63,847 nt of DNA from an uncultured Bdellovibrionales bacterium (GCA_964420045.1 CAYQPQ010000003.1:1-63847); one strand, 5' to 3'. Positions 8,833-17,682 are shown, counted from the stretch's first letter. Notes: a model not told the origin generated them from the letters alone. Program-made: numbers and translations.

Positions 8833-10428
8833 ATGTCTATGGATCATTTCATTGATATGTATCGGAAAATTTCCTGGACGGTATGGGCATTGGCAGCAAT
8901 TCTCATCGCCGGGATTTTCGTTCGAACATTCCACTTTCATGACTGGCTTCGTTTTAATGCTGATCAGTCGCGGGACGCCGGTATTGTGAGTAATGTTCTT
9001 GAGGGAGAAACACCGCCTCCGCTCCTTGGTCCGAAGGCCGGCGGGACGGAGTTTCGTCTTGGATCAGCATTCTATATATTTCAAATCGCCTCCGCTTCGA
9101 TTTTCGGAGACCGACCGGACGTGATGGCCTATCCCGATCTCCTGACTTCCATTCTTGCCATTCCGCTTCTCTATCTTTTTCTGCGTCTGTATTTCGAAAG
9201 AAAAACAGCTCTTGCGCTGACAGCGATATTCGCCCTGTCATTTTATGCAGTGAAGTATTCTCGATTCGCATGGAATCCGAATTCGCTGCCGTTTTGGACG
9301 CTACTTTTTTTCTTAGCACTGCATCGTCTGACACTCTTTGCCGGGAAAACCGAGAAGCTCTGGGCGGTCTTGCTGGGCGTTGCTTTGGGCGTTGGTGTGC
9401 AGCTTCATACCTTGACACTTATTGTACTTCCGATGATGACGGTGGGCGTTTTCGGATACCTCGCGTATTTCCGAAGGCGAGAAATCGGCACTGTGTTTCT
9501 CATCGTTTCCGCTGTGGCAATAGCGTTGAACGTCGGGCAAATTATGAGCGAATTCCGAACTGGCGGAGAAAACATATCGGCATTTCTTTCCGGTGTCGGA
9601 AAAAAGCAGGAAAAAGGAAATGGTCTCATGCGAAATGTTGCTCAAGATACAACGTGTTTCATTGAAGGGACAGTCTATATTGTGACGTCGCATGATATTT
9701 CCGATACCTGTAGTACGAAATCGCTTGGAAGAAATATTGATGGAATTTCTTTTGCAATGGGAACAGTTTTGTTTTTTGGCGGAATATTCCTGGCTTTTCG
9801 CGTGCTTCGGCGCGAACAAGAACTTTCTCGGCGATATTTTCTGACATTGAATATCGTGTTTCTTGCACTTTCGTTTCTCTTGCTTGTTCCGCTTGCCAAT
9901 GAAGTGTCCATGCGGTTTTTCCTCATGATGGTATTTTTACCATTTGTGTTGCTCGGACTCTGGCTTGAATTTCTTCAAGAGAAATTTCCCCGACAAGCGC
10001 ATATTTTCATAGCATGTGGATCGATAGCGCTCTTACTTCTGAATGGATACGCTATACGACAGTCATTTTCCGAATACGCGTCTTTTCTGGATGAACATTC
10101 AACGGCGGGAATGGACAATGTTTTGCTTCGAGAAGTCGAAGAAGCGGCTGATTTCATCGTGCTTCATGCGGATGGAAACTCGACAGTATCGCTTCGCGGA
10201 GATTCGAAATATCTCTTTAAAGCATTGAAATCTATCCGCTATTTTACGGAGAAGCAAGGTGTTGATGTCATTCAGGCGGGAAAGGGGAAAGGAGGCACCA
10301 ATCTTCCGGAGTTTCTCGTTGAAAACACGAAGCGGAATAAGAAGACTCTCGAAGAAAACCCCGGTGTGGTAGACTGGAAAATAATCGGGCGCTTCACGAT
10401 CTTTCGGTTGCCGCATGATGTGCAGTGA
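8833..10428 (+). CDS. Polytopic GT-C-like membrane glycosyltransferase, family A paralogue 3
   Basis: The listed ORF begins at 8527 but its first 102 codons overlap paralogue 2 and look like noise. ATG at 8833 gives MSMDHFIDMYRKISW...FVRTFHFHDWLRFNADQSRDAGI, LGSAFYIFQ, AYPDLLTSI, YSRFAWNPNSLPFW, VQLHT. Confidence 0.65.
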   Translation: MSMDHFIDMYRKISWTVWALAAILIAGIFVRTFHFHDWLRFNADQSRDAGIVSNVLEGETPPPLLGPKAGGTEFRLGSAFYIFQIASASIFGDRPDVMAYPDLLTSILAIPLLYLFLRLYFERKTALALTAIFALSFYAVKYSRFAWNPNSLPFWTLLFFLALHRLTLFAGKTEKLWAVLLGVALGVGVQLHTLTLIVLPMMTVGVFGYLAYFRRREIGTVFLIVSAVAIALNVGQIMSEFRTGGENISAFLSGVGKKQEKGNGLMRNVAQDTTCFIEGTVYIVTSHDISDTCSTKSLGRNIDGISFAMGTVLFFGGIFLAFRVLRREQELSRRYFLTLNIVFLALSFLLLVPLANEVSMRFFLMMVFLPFVLLGLWLEFLQEKFPRQAHIFIACGSIALLLLNGYAIRQSFSEYASFLDEHSTAGMDNVLLREVEEAADFIVLHADGNSTVSLRGDSKYLFKALKSIRYFTEKQGVDVIQAGKGKGGTNLPEFLVENTKRNKKTLEENPGVVDWKIIGRFTIFRLPHDVQ

Positions 10429-10509
10429 AAACATGAGAGATTGTGTAACGAGTTGAACTGTTGGGAATCTTTTGAGGAGAAATCCATACTATATCGGACG
10501 GGGTAACCT

Positions 10510-11220
10510 ATGACAAAGATGCGAGAGAAAAATATGATATTCACCGCTGACGATTTTGGCATTAGTCAAAAGGCGGACGAGAGGATTCTGAAACTCGCCG
10601 AAGCGGGAGTACTTGATCGTGTTGCCGTTATGACTCGGGGAACAGCAACAGCATCATCGCTCGAACGATTGGCGAAATCGGGCGTCAAGATTGATCTTCA
10701 CGCGGAAATTCGCGACGATATCGATCCGAATCGAACGCTCAAAGCGGGCGCAGCGGGGAGAATTTTTATTTTTGTGAAAAATTTTCTGTTTGGTGAGAAT
10801 CGCGTGTCCCGCGTAGCTGAGCGATGGGATGCGCAAATACGAGACTTTCAATCGATATTTGGCAGATACCCCGACGGACTGAATTCTCATGAACATACGC
10901 ATTTTTTTCCGCCGTATTTTCGAGCACTTCTTTCTCTGGCAAAGAAATACGATATTCCATTTGTTCGATTCGGAAAGAAATCGTTTCCGGGGAATACGTC
11001 GGTATCGCGTATTCTCAATATGCTCCGCGTGGCGGACCGACAGGAATTTTCTCGGTCGGGACTTGCTTCATCCGACATAATGATCAGTTTTGACTGGATA
11101 GGATCGCTTGAACCGCTTGAAAAATATCCGGAAAGCATGACAATAGAGATTCTGTTTCATCCGGAAAGAGACGAGGAAATGGAATTTCTCGAAAAGAATT
11201 TCCTCTCGAGCTCAATATAA
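10510..11220 (+). CDS. YdjC/ChbG/NaxD-family carbohydrate deacetylase
   Basis: 236 aa. N-terminal FTADDFGISQKADERILKLAEAGVLDRVAVM and HEHTHFFP blocks are typical of the YdjC superfamily. Embedded between GT-C paralogues 3 and 4. Confidence 0.75.
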   Translation: MTKMREKNMIFTADDFGISQKADERILKLAEAGVLDRVAVMTRGTATASSLERLAKSGVKIDLHAEIRDDIDPNRTLKAGAAGRIFIFVKNFLFGENRVSRVAERWDAQIRDFQSIFGRYPDGLNSHEHTHFFPPYFRALLSLAKKYDIPFVRFGKKSFPGNTSVSRILNMLRVADRQEFSRSGLASSDIMISFDWIGSLEPLEKYPESMTIEILFHPERDEEMEFLEKNFLSSSI

Positions 11221-11281
11221 CGAGATTTTGGTTAGGCATTTGAGAGTGAGACAGGTTTTTCCGAACACTTTATATTTCTCT

Positions 11282-12898
11282 ATGGATGTATTCACGAGAG
11301 TGCAAGCGAAGATCAGAAATGAAAAGCGGATTCAGTACGCCATCCTCGCGGGAATCATCACTCTGGGTGTCTTCCTTCGGACCGTTCACTTTCAGTCATG
11401 GATGGAGTTTTCTCCCGATCAGGCGCGTGATGCGACACTGATCGACAAAGTGCTGTCCGGTGAAGAGCCACTCCCGCTTCTCGGTGCCGAATCAGGGAAT
11501 ACTAGATTTAAGCTTGGTCCGATAGCCTATCATTGGCAATATCTTTCCGGGCTTCTCTTTGGATCCGAACCGTACAACTTGGCATACCCGGATCTCCTTT
11601 TTTCGATTTTTGCTCTCATTCTATTCTTCTTCTTGATGCGAAAATATTTCTCCGCCGAGAGAGCTCTCCTTTTGACTCTCCTCATGAGCTCGTCGTTCTT
11701 TCTGGTGAAATATGGTCGATTTGCCTGGAATCCGAATGCTGCACCATTCTTCTCACTTCTTTTTTTGTTCGCGCTTCTCGAGACGCTTGACCCAAAGAAT
11801 AAAGGGAGAGTGGTGTGGCCGGCACTTCTAGGTGTCGCCTGCGGTGTTGCTATTCAACTCCATACGCTGTTTATTTTTATTCTTCCGTGTGTTGTTGGAG
11901 CGGGATTTCTCTTGTGGATCAAACGCGGATTATTCTCTTGGCGCGGACTTGTCCTGTTTCTGGTTTGTTTTCTTGCTGTGAACTGGGCGCAGATATATCG
12001 TGATGTGAACCATCATTACTCAAACACCAATCGATTCTTGAAGGCTATTAGCAAAACATCGTCTGGAGATGGTGAAAGTGCTTTACTGAGAAATATAAAT
12101 GAAGCAACGGCATGCGAAGTGCAGTCAGGTGTGTACCTTCTGTCATCATGGGGTAATCTTGGGAAATGCGAACCGTGGGAATCCGCTTTGCGGCCGCATG
12201 ATATTGAAACGCGAACGACTTTTATCGCGGGGTTCATATTTGTTTTTGGAGGGTATATTCTTTTCGCTCGGTATTTTCGACGAGAGCCCGATGATCGAAA
12301 GTGGGATTTCCTATTTGTAACCGGACTTTACGCAATTGTTTCTTTCGTAGTGAGTATCCCCATTATTACGCAGGTCTCTACGCGTTATTACATAACCTCG
12401 TTTTTTCTCCCATTTATCATTCTTGGGTTGTGGATGAAGTTTCTTGGAAATAAAGTCGGTAAAATCGGCTCCGTCTTTGCAGTGGTTGCAATCGCGCTAT
12501 TTCTTGTCCTGTTTGCCGGTAATATTCGTTCGCTTTCCCTTTGGTCATGGAAGCTTTCTCATGGATCGGCAAGTGATTCAAAGACGGTGTTTTATGCAGA
12601 GGTACGCGATATGATGAGTTACATGGAAGCTCAGTTACCGGAGCAGAATATTGGACTTCTCGGGAGTGGCGACTCTATGTCGAGGTTCTTCAAGTCGCTC
12701 AACTATATCGCGGAAAACGATGGAAGGACGCTGCTTGACCTTTCAAACAAACATCGCGATCCTCATGGGCGTTTCTTTTACATAGATGAATCGGTGCCGG
12801 AATCCGAACTCCGTGTGCAATCAACGTATAAAGGATATGTTGTGGAAGGGTATCGTGTGTTTGGTCAGATTGTGATATTGACACTTCGCGCTGAATGA
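11282..12898 (+). CDS. Polytopic GT-C-like membrane glycosyltransferase, family A paralogue 4
   Basis: The listed ORF starts at a TTG (11228); ATG 11282 preferred. Motifs FLRTVHFQSWMEFSPDQARDATL, LGPIAYHWQYLSG, AYPDLLFSI, YGRFAWNPNAAPFF, IQLHT. The stop overlaps the next start (ATGA at 12895-12898). Confidence 0.65.
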   Translation: MDVFTRVQAKIRNEKRIQYAILAGIITLGVFLRTVHFQSWMEFSPDQARDATLIDKVLSGEEPLPLLGAESGNTRFKLGPIAYHWQYLSGLLFGSEPYNLAYPDLLFSIFALILFFFLMRKYFSAERALLLTLLMSSSFFLVKYGRFAWNPNAAPFFSLLFLFALLETLDPKNKGRVVWPALLGVACGVAIQLHTLFIFILPCVVGAGFLLWIKRGLFSWRGLVLFLVCFLAVNWAQIYRDVNHHYSNTNRFLKAISKTSSGDGESALLRNINEATACEVQSGVYLLSSWGNLGKCEPWESALRPHDIETRTTFIAGFIFVFGGYILFARYFRREPDDRKWDFLFVTGLYAIVSFVVSIPIITQVSTRYYITSFFLPFIILGLWMKFLGNKVGKIGSVFAVVAIALFLVLFAGNIRSLSLWSWKLSHGSASDSKTVFYAEVRDMMSYMEAQLPEQNIGLLGSGDSMSRFFKSLNYIAENDGRTLLDLSNKHRDPHGRFFYIDESVPESELRVQSTYKGYVVEGYRVFGQIVILTLRAE

Positions 12899-14829
12899 AT
12901 CGGACTCTCTACAAGTATTTTAGTATGAAGATGCCTTTGAAATTTCGATGGAGTCTGAATGTGACTATTGGGCTGCTTCTTGGTGTTGTAGTAGTGATGA
13001 ATCTTTCATTGGGAATCCCACGACTCGCCAAGTTTTCTGCGATTGATGAACGTCTCTGGACGTATGATCGGATACCGCAATTTTGGCGCGCGATTGAGAA
13101 GGGAGAATGGAAAAAGACCGATATCAACGATAAGCCAGGCATCACAGTTGCTCTTACTTCAGGTGTGGGATTGTTGTTCTCCAATCCGAAGTCGACCGAA
13201 ATGCTTCGCACTACATCGAAAAATGTGAATGATCTTGCGAAAATATACCAAGTAGATACTTCGTTTCGTCTGCCAATCTATCTCTTTACTCTCTGTATGA
13301 TGCCGGTATTCTTTTGGCTCATACGTCGGCTTTTTGAGAGTAATCGGATTGCATTTTTTGCGACTGCATTCATATTTCTCTCCCCGATTCTTCTCGGTAT
13401 ATCACTTATCGTGAATCCAGATTCTCTCTTGTGGATATTTCTTCCGCTCTCCTTGGTGAGCTTTCTCATTTTTCTTAAAGAGGAAGATTGGAAGTGTGCT
13501 GTTATGAGTGGAGGTTTTCTGGGTTTTGCACTACTTACGAAATATGTTTCCACGATCCTTTTTCCATTTCTCTTCCTTCTGGTGTTTCTGGTTCAGGTTT
13601 TTCCATTACGAAAATATGTTTCGAGTGTGGATGAAAAATCAATGTTGGCGAGGTCTCTCCGAATCGGATTGATGGGATATCTTTGCACTGTATTTGTTGC
13701 ATGTCTTACGGTTTTTGGGTTTTATCCGGTTGTTTGGGTGTCGTTCAATACGCTGCTTCAGACGACTATTTTGAGCCGTCCGATGGTGTCAGTGGGAACG
13801 CCTCTTGCAGTGTTGATTGCTGGAACATTCATTGATGTGGTTCTCTTGAAGGCGTATCTTTCTCAGAAAATCGTACAGGTGCTTTCTCGACATGAATCCT
13901 TATGCCGAAGAGTGCTTGCAGGAGGGTTTCTTGCGTCAATCCTCTTTGTTTTCACAAATGTGTATCTTCACATGAGGTGGATCAATTTTCCCGCTCTCCT
14001 CGCGTCACCGAAAGCACCAGGTACGTGGAGTGTGATCGAGCTTGTTTCCGGCGCCTTTACGGGTCTCTACGGACTTCTGTTTGGGATAACTCCCATTGTG
14101 TCTCTCTTTTTCTTTCTGACAGTTATTTCCTTACTTGGCATTCGGTCTTTTTCTTTCAGGGAAGAGCATCGATCGATAGTTCTTATCTTGCTTGTATTTA
14201 TGGGAGCCTACTATGCTGCCTCTGCTGTGAATTTTGTTGATGCGACGGTTCGGTATCAAATTTCCCTCTATCCGCTCGCATTCATTGTGGCGGCTGTCGG
14301 AGCGCTTCAGTGTTTTTTGTGGATTCGCGCGAAGCTTCGCGTGTCTCTTCTTGTGTTTTCATGCGGTATCCTTTTGTGCTCTCTGGCAAGTCTTCTGCTT
14401 ATTCGCCCGTTCTATTTCTCGTATGCCTCCGTGCTCTTGCCGAAGCAATATGTGCTCAATATGAAGGGTATGGGGGATGGGAGTTATGAAGCATCTCAAT
14501 ATTTGAACAGTCTCCCGAATGCGCAGAGTTTGTCCGTGTGGACTGATGAAGCGGCTGTCTGCGATCATTTTGTTGGACACTGTATCTCGAGTGTCAAACA
14601 AAAAAATGTGGAGGGACAGAACTTCGATTATTTCGTTATTTCTCTTGGAAGAAGACAGAAATCAATAGGGTTTTCCTCTCTTCGGCAGGTAACTGATCCT
14701 GATTTTCTCTGGGCGATGAGGCAGTATGATTCCGAAAACTTTCGGGGACATCAAATATCCATTGGAGGACGAGCGGCAAACTTTATAAAGATAATTCGGA
14801 ACGAATCGCAGTCGCGGGATGCTTTGTAG
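12895..14829 (+). CDS. Polytopic GT-C fold glycosyltransferase (GT39/ArnT/PMT-like), family B copy b
   Basis: 644 aa. SAIDERLWTYDRIPQFWRAIEKGEWKKTDINDKPGIT parallels 3313-5226, with the same TM layout and C-terminal domain (MGDGSYEASQYLNSLPN versus MGDGSWEAADFLNHLPN). Confidence 0.7.
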   Translation: MNRTLYKYFSMKMPLKFRWSLNVTIGLLLGVVVVMNLSLGIPRLAKFSAIDERLWTYDRIPQFWRAIEKGEWKKTDINDKPGITVALTSGVGLLFSNPKSTEMLRTTSKNVNDLAKIYQVDTSFRLPIYLFTLCMMPVFFWLIRRLFESNRIAFFATAFIFLSPILLGISLIVNPDSLLWIFLPLSLVSFLIFLKEEDWKCAVMSGGFLGFALLTKYVSTILFPFLFLLVFLVQVFPLRKYVSSVDEKSMLARSLRIGLMGYLCTVFVACLTVFGFYPVVWVSFNTLLQTTILSRPMVSVGTPLAVLIAGTFIDVVLLKAYLSQKIVQVLSRHESLCRRVLAGGFLASILFVFTNVYLHMRWINFPALLASPKAPGTWSVIELVSGAFTGLYGLLFGITPIVSLFFFLTVISLLGIRSFSFREEHRSIVLILLVFMGAYYAASAVNFVDATVRYQISLYPLAFIVAAVGALQCFLWIRAKLRVSLLVFSCGILLCSLASLLLIRPFYFSYASVLLPKQYVLNMKGMGDGSYEASQYLNSLPNAQSLSVWTDEAAVCDHFVGHCISSVKQKNVEGQNFDYFVISLGRRQKSIGFSSLRQVTDPDFLWAMRQYDSENFRGHQISIGGRAANFIKIIRNESQSRDAL

Positions 14830-14875
14830 TCAATATTGGACTAGGAAGGTAGAAATAAACAAGAGAAAACGTCGT

Positions 14876-16378
14876 ATGAAAAGGATCTATTTTGTTTATA
14901 TGGGTATTCCGCTGCTTTTCGTAGGGGTGATTTTTTTTCGTGAAATTTATTTCGGGAAGCAGGAAGTGAAGAATATGATCGCCCTCGAGAGAATCTCAAC
15001 AGATCATGAGGAATCACCATTTCCAGAAATGACCTCACTTACAGAACCTTCGTTTCCTGACAGGGTATGCAGTATAGCTGATTTCGGTGCTATTGGAGAT
15101 GGGGACACCATGAATACGCGCGCGTTTGCTACAGCCATCAATGAATGTGCGAATCATGGCGGTGGAAAGGTACTGGTACCAAAAGGGAAATGGCTCACCG
15201 GACCGGTAGCACTGAAAGATAACATATGGCTCTTTCTCGAGAAAGACGCAGAAATTCTCTTTAGTATTCAGAAATCGGACTATCTTCCCGTGGTTCGTTC
15301 GCGATTTGAAGGAGTTGAATACTTCGGTTACTCCTCGCCGCTTTCGGCAAGAAACGCAGAGAATATTGCCATAACCGGCGAAGGAACAATCAATGGGCAA
15401 GCGGAGAAATCATGGTGGACATCTGTTGATGATCCAGAGGTGGCAGTTTCTCTGGTTGAGCTGTACCGAATGGGGCAAGACGGAGATCCGGTTGAGAATC
15501 GTGTTTTTGGCGAAGGGAGGGGACTTCGCCCGGCCTTTGTTGAGCTCTTCGAGTGTCACACCGTGCTTATTGATGGTGTGACATTTCTGAATGGTCCCAT
15601 GTGGACGATTCATCCGCTCTATAGCGATACGGTCTCCATTCGGAATATTGTGGTTCAAACACATGACGGTCGAAACACGGACGGAATAGTTGTTGATTCT
15701 TCGCAAAATGTTTCCATCAAAGACTCTCGGTTTGCTACCGGTGATGACGCTATTGCTATCAAGTCTGGTCGGGACAATGACGGTATGCGTATTGGAAGAC
15801 CGTCGAAAAATGTTCTCATCCGGAACTGTGTTGTTGAGGATGCTCACGCGGCTATTGCCATTGGAAGTGAAGTATCCGGCGGCATACACGATATCTTTGT
15901 CGATACGATACGGGTGAAAAATGCCGACTTTGGCATTCGTATGAAATCAAGTCCGGGTCGAGGAGCTTCGGTTCATACTATTCGAATCCGTAATATGGAT
16001 ATCGAGAATGCGAGGATCGCCGCTCTTGAATTGGATCAAATGACCGGAGAAGCGGTCTCGGTCGGAGTGGCGCTCACAGACTTTCATGATATTCACATTG
16101 AAAATGTACGGTGTGGTTGGACGAGGAAGCCTCTGCGATTTAACGGATCGGCAGAACAACCTCCGTATGACATAACACTTCGTGATTTCACGATATCAGC
16201 AAGCGGCACGGCGTCTCTGGAGAATGTTCAGGACGTATTGATCAAGAATTTCACACTAACATCTTCGCGAAAAGGCAAGGATCCAGGCATGGATATTGTC
16301 GGGAGTCACCATGTCATCCTTGATCAAACCAATCTTCCGCAGTCTCGGATACTGTGCAAAGATGGATGTGTCTACTGA
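14876..16378 (+). CDS. Membrane-anchored glycoside hydrolase family 28 protein (exo-polygalacturonase-like), copy b
   Basis: ATG 14876 (MKRIYFVYMGIPLLFVGVIFF, a TM segment); the listed ORF starts at 14819. GH28 blocks: SIADFGAIGDG, GGGKVLVPKGKW, RNTDGIVVDS, ATGDDAIAIKSGRDNDG, AIGSEVSGG, IRMKSSPGRG. Confidence 0.8.
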   Translation: MKRIYFVYMGIPLLFVGVIFFREIYFGKQEVKNMIALERISTDHEESPFPEMTSLTEPSFPDRVCSIADFGAIGDGDTMNTRAFATAINECANHGGGKVLVPKGKWLTGPVALKDNIWLFLEKDAEILFSIQKSDYLPVVRSRFEGVEYFGYSSPLSARNAENIAITGEGTINGQAEKSWWTSVDDPEVAVSLVELYRMGQDGDPVENRVFGEGRGLRPAFVELFECHTVLIDGVTFLNGPMWTIHPLYSDTVSIRNIVVQTHDGRNTDGIVVDSSQNVSIKDSRFATGDDAIAIKSGRDNDGMRIGRPSKNVLIRNCVVEDAHAAIAIGSEVSGGIHDIFVDTIRVKNADFGIRMKSSPGRGASVHTIRIRNMDIENARIAALELDQMTGEAVSVGVALTDFHDIHIENVRCGWTRKPLRFNGSAEQPPYDITLRDFTISASGTASLENVQDVLIKNFTLTSSRKGKDPGMDIVGSHHVILDQTNLPQSRILCKDGCVY

Positions 16379-16445
16379 AGGAACACAAAAAAACAAGCGC
16401 CTATATCGGCTTGCTGAGAAGGGGAATAATAGAAAAAGAAATTTC

Positions 16446-17390
16446 CTAGTCTCGAGGTTTTTTCCGTATGATATAGAGCGGGCGACCAAGAACCTCTCGA
16501 TGAATGTTTTCGATGTAGAGCGAGAGCAATCCGATAGACATGAGGAGAATGCCCACGAGGAACACGATAAAGATAGCGAGATTTTCCGCGTCGGAGAAGG
16601 TTGAAGCAAAGTACGAGTGGAAGAAGTATTTTCCGAGCAAGATGTAGAATCCGGCAATAGCCGATACTGTTGTGATACAAATGCCAAGATAGCCGGCAAG
16701 CCGCAGAGGAAAGAGACTCAGTGAGACGAAACTGTTGAAGGCGAGCCGTGCCAGCTTCCAGAAGTTGTAGCTTGCCGTTCCATGCAGTCGCTCATTGGCG
16801 TCGAAGGAGATGTAGGTTCGTTTGAACCCGAGCCAGTCGATGAGTCCGCGAGTCATCCGATTCACTTCGGTAAGGCGGTTGAATTCGTCGACTACCGCAC
16901 GGTCGAGCAATCGAAAATCGGTTGAATTTGGAACGATTTTCGTTTCAACAATAGCGTTCAATACAGCATAAAAAAGTGTGGAGCCAACTTTTTTCACCCA
17001 TGAATCGCTTCGGCTTTTATTTCGAACGCCGACCACGACTTCGAACCCGACTTCCCACTGCTTTACAAATTCCGGAATCAACTCAACCGGATGTTGGAGA
17101 TCGGCATCTATTAAGATACACGCATCACCGGAAGCATGATTTAATCCCGCTGTTGTTGCGATTTCCTTGCCGAAGTTTCTCGAAAAATCAATATACCGTA
17201 TGCGGGAGTCACTCTCGGAGACGCGTTTTAAAACATCGAGAGTTGTGTCGGTGCTCCCATCGTTTACAAAAAGAAGTTCGTAGGAATACGAGTTGCCGAG
17301 GGATGCAAGTACCGGTCGCACACGCTCACATAAGGCGGGAATATTTTCCGCTTCGTTGTGTGCCGGGATAATAAGGGAAAGCATCTTCAT
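16446..17390 (-). CDS. GT2 polyprenyl-phosphate sugar synthase (ArnC/GtrB/DPM1/RgtE-like)
   Basis: 314 aa. SLIIPAHNEAENI, LLFVNDGSTD, LIDADLQHP, plus two C-terminal TM helices (LGICITTVSAIAGFYILL, IFIVFLVGILLMSIGLLSLYI), the ArnC/GtrB architecture. Confidence 0.75.
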   Translation of the reverse strand: MKMLSLIIPAHNEAENIPALCERVRPVLASLGNSYSYELLFVNDGSTDTTLDVLKRVSESDSRIRYIDFSRNFGKEIATTAGLNHASGDACILIDADLQHPVELIPEFVKQWEVGFEVVVGVRNKSRSDSWVKKVGSTLFYAVLNAIVETKIVPNSTDFRLLDRAVVDEFNRLTEVNRMTRGLIDWLGFKRTYISFDANERLHGTASYNFWKLARLAFNSFVSLSLFPLRLAGYLGICITTVSAIAGFYILLGKYFFHSYFASTFSDAENLAIFIVFLVGILLMSIGLLSLYIENIHREVLGRPLYIIRKKPRD

Positions 17391-17498
17391 AGGCGGGAAT
17401 TGCCACTCGGGGCATGTGAGGAATACGAACTTTCAGTTTCAAGTATACCGCGGCTTTCGTAAGATGCAAAGCAACACGCTCTCTTAATAAAGGGAATC

Positions 17499-17527
17499 TT
17501 GCCATTTGCGAGATTCTTTGGTAGGAT
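17499..17527 (+). promoter_or_regulatory. Candidate sigma70-type promoter upstream of tRNA-Val/rplI
   Basis: TTGCCA (17499-17504), 17-nt spacer, TAGGAT (17522-17527). Sequence match only. Confidence 0.3.
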
Positions 17528-17583
17528 GACCGAAACGGTGAAAACGGTGTGGTTTTGTTTATAGGGGACTGTTGTATCACAAC

Positions 17584-17657
17584 GGACAATTAGCTCAGCT
17601 GGTTAGAGCGCTGCATTCACATTGCAGAGGTCGCTGGTTCGAGCCCAGCATTGTCCA
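17584..17657 (+). tRNA. tRNA-Val (anticodon CAC)
   Basis: Hand-folded cloverleaf. Acceptor GGACAAT/ATTGTCC; D arm GCTC..GAGC; anticodon stem CTGCA/TGCAG with loop TTCACAT; T arm GCTGG-TTCGAGC-CCAGC; discriminator A. No encoded CCA. rplI starts 25 nt downstream. Confidence 0.9.
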
Positions 17658-17682
17658 CAGTTATATGTTTTAGAGCATTCTT

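Noticed and set aside
1617-16378. Idea that the GH28/GT-C outer pairs are a recent inverted segmental duplication (long DNA inverted repeat)
   Set aside because: Similarity is mainly at the protein level. I estimate roughly half the residues are identical in the stretches I compared, and conserved-motif DNA shows many substitutions. These are old paralogues, not a recombinogenic inverted repeat.
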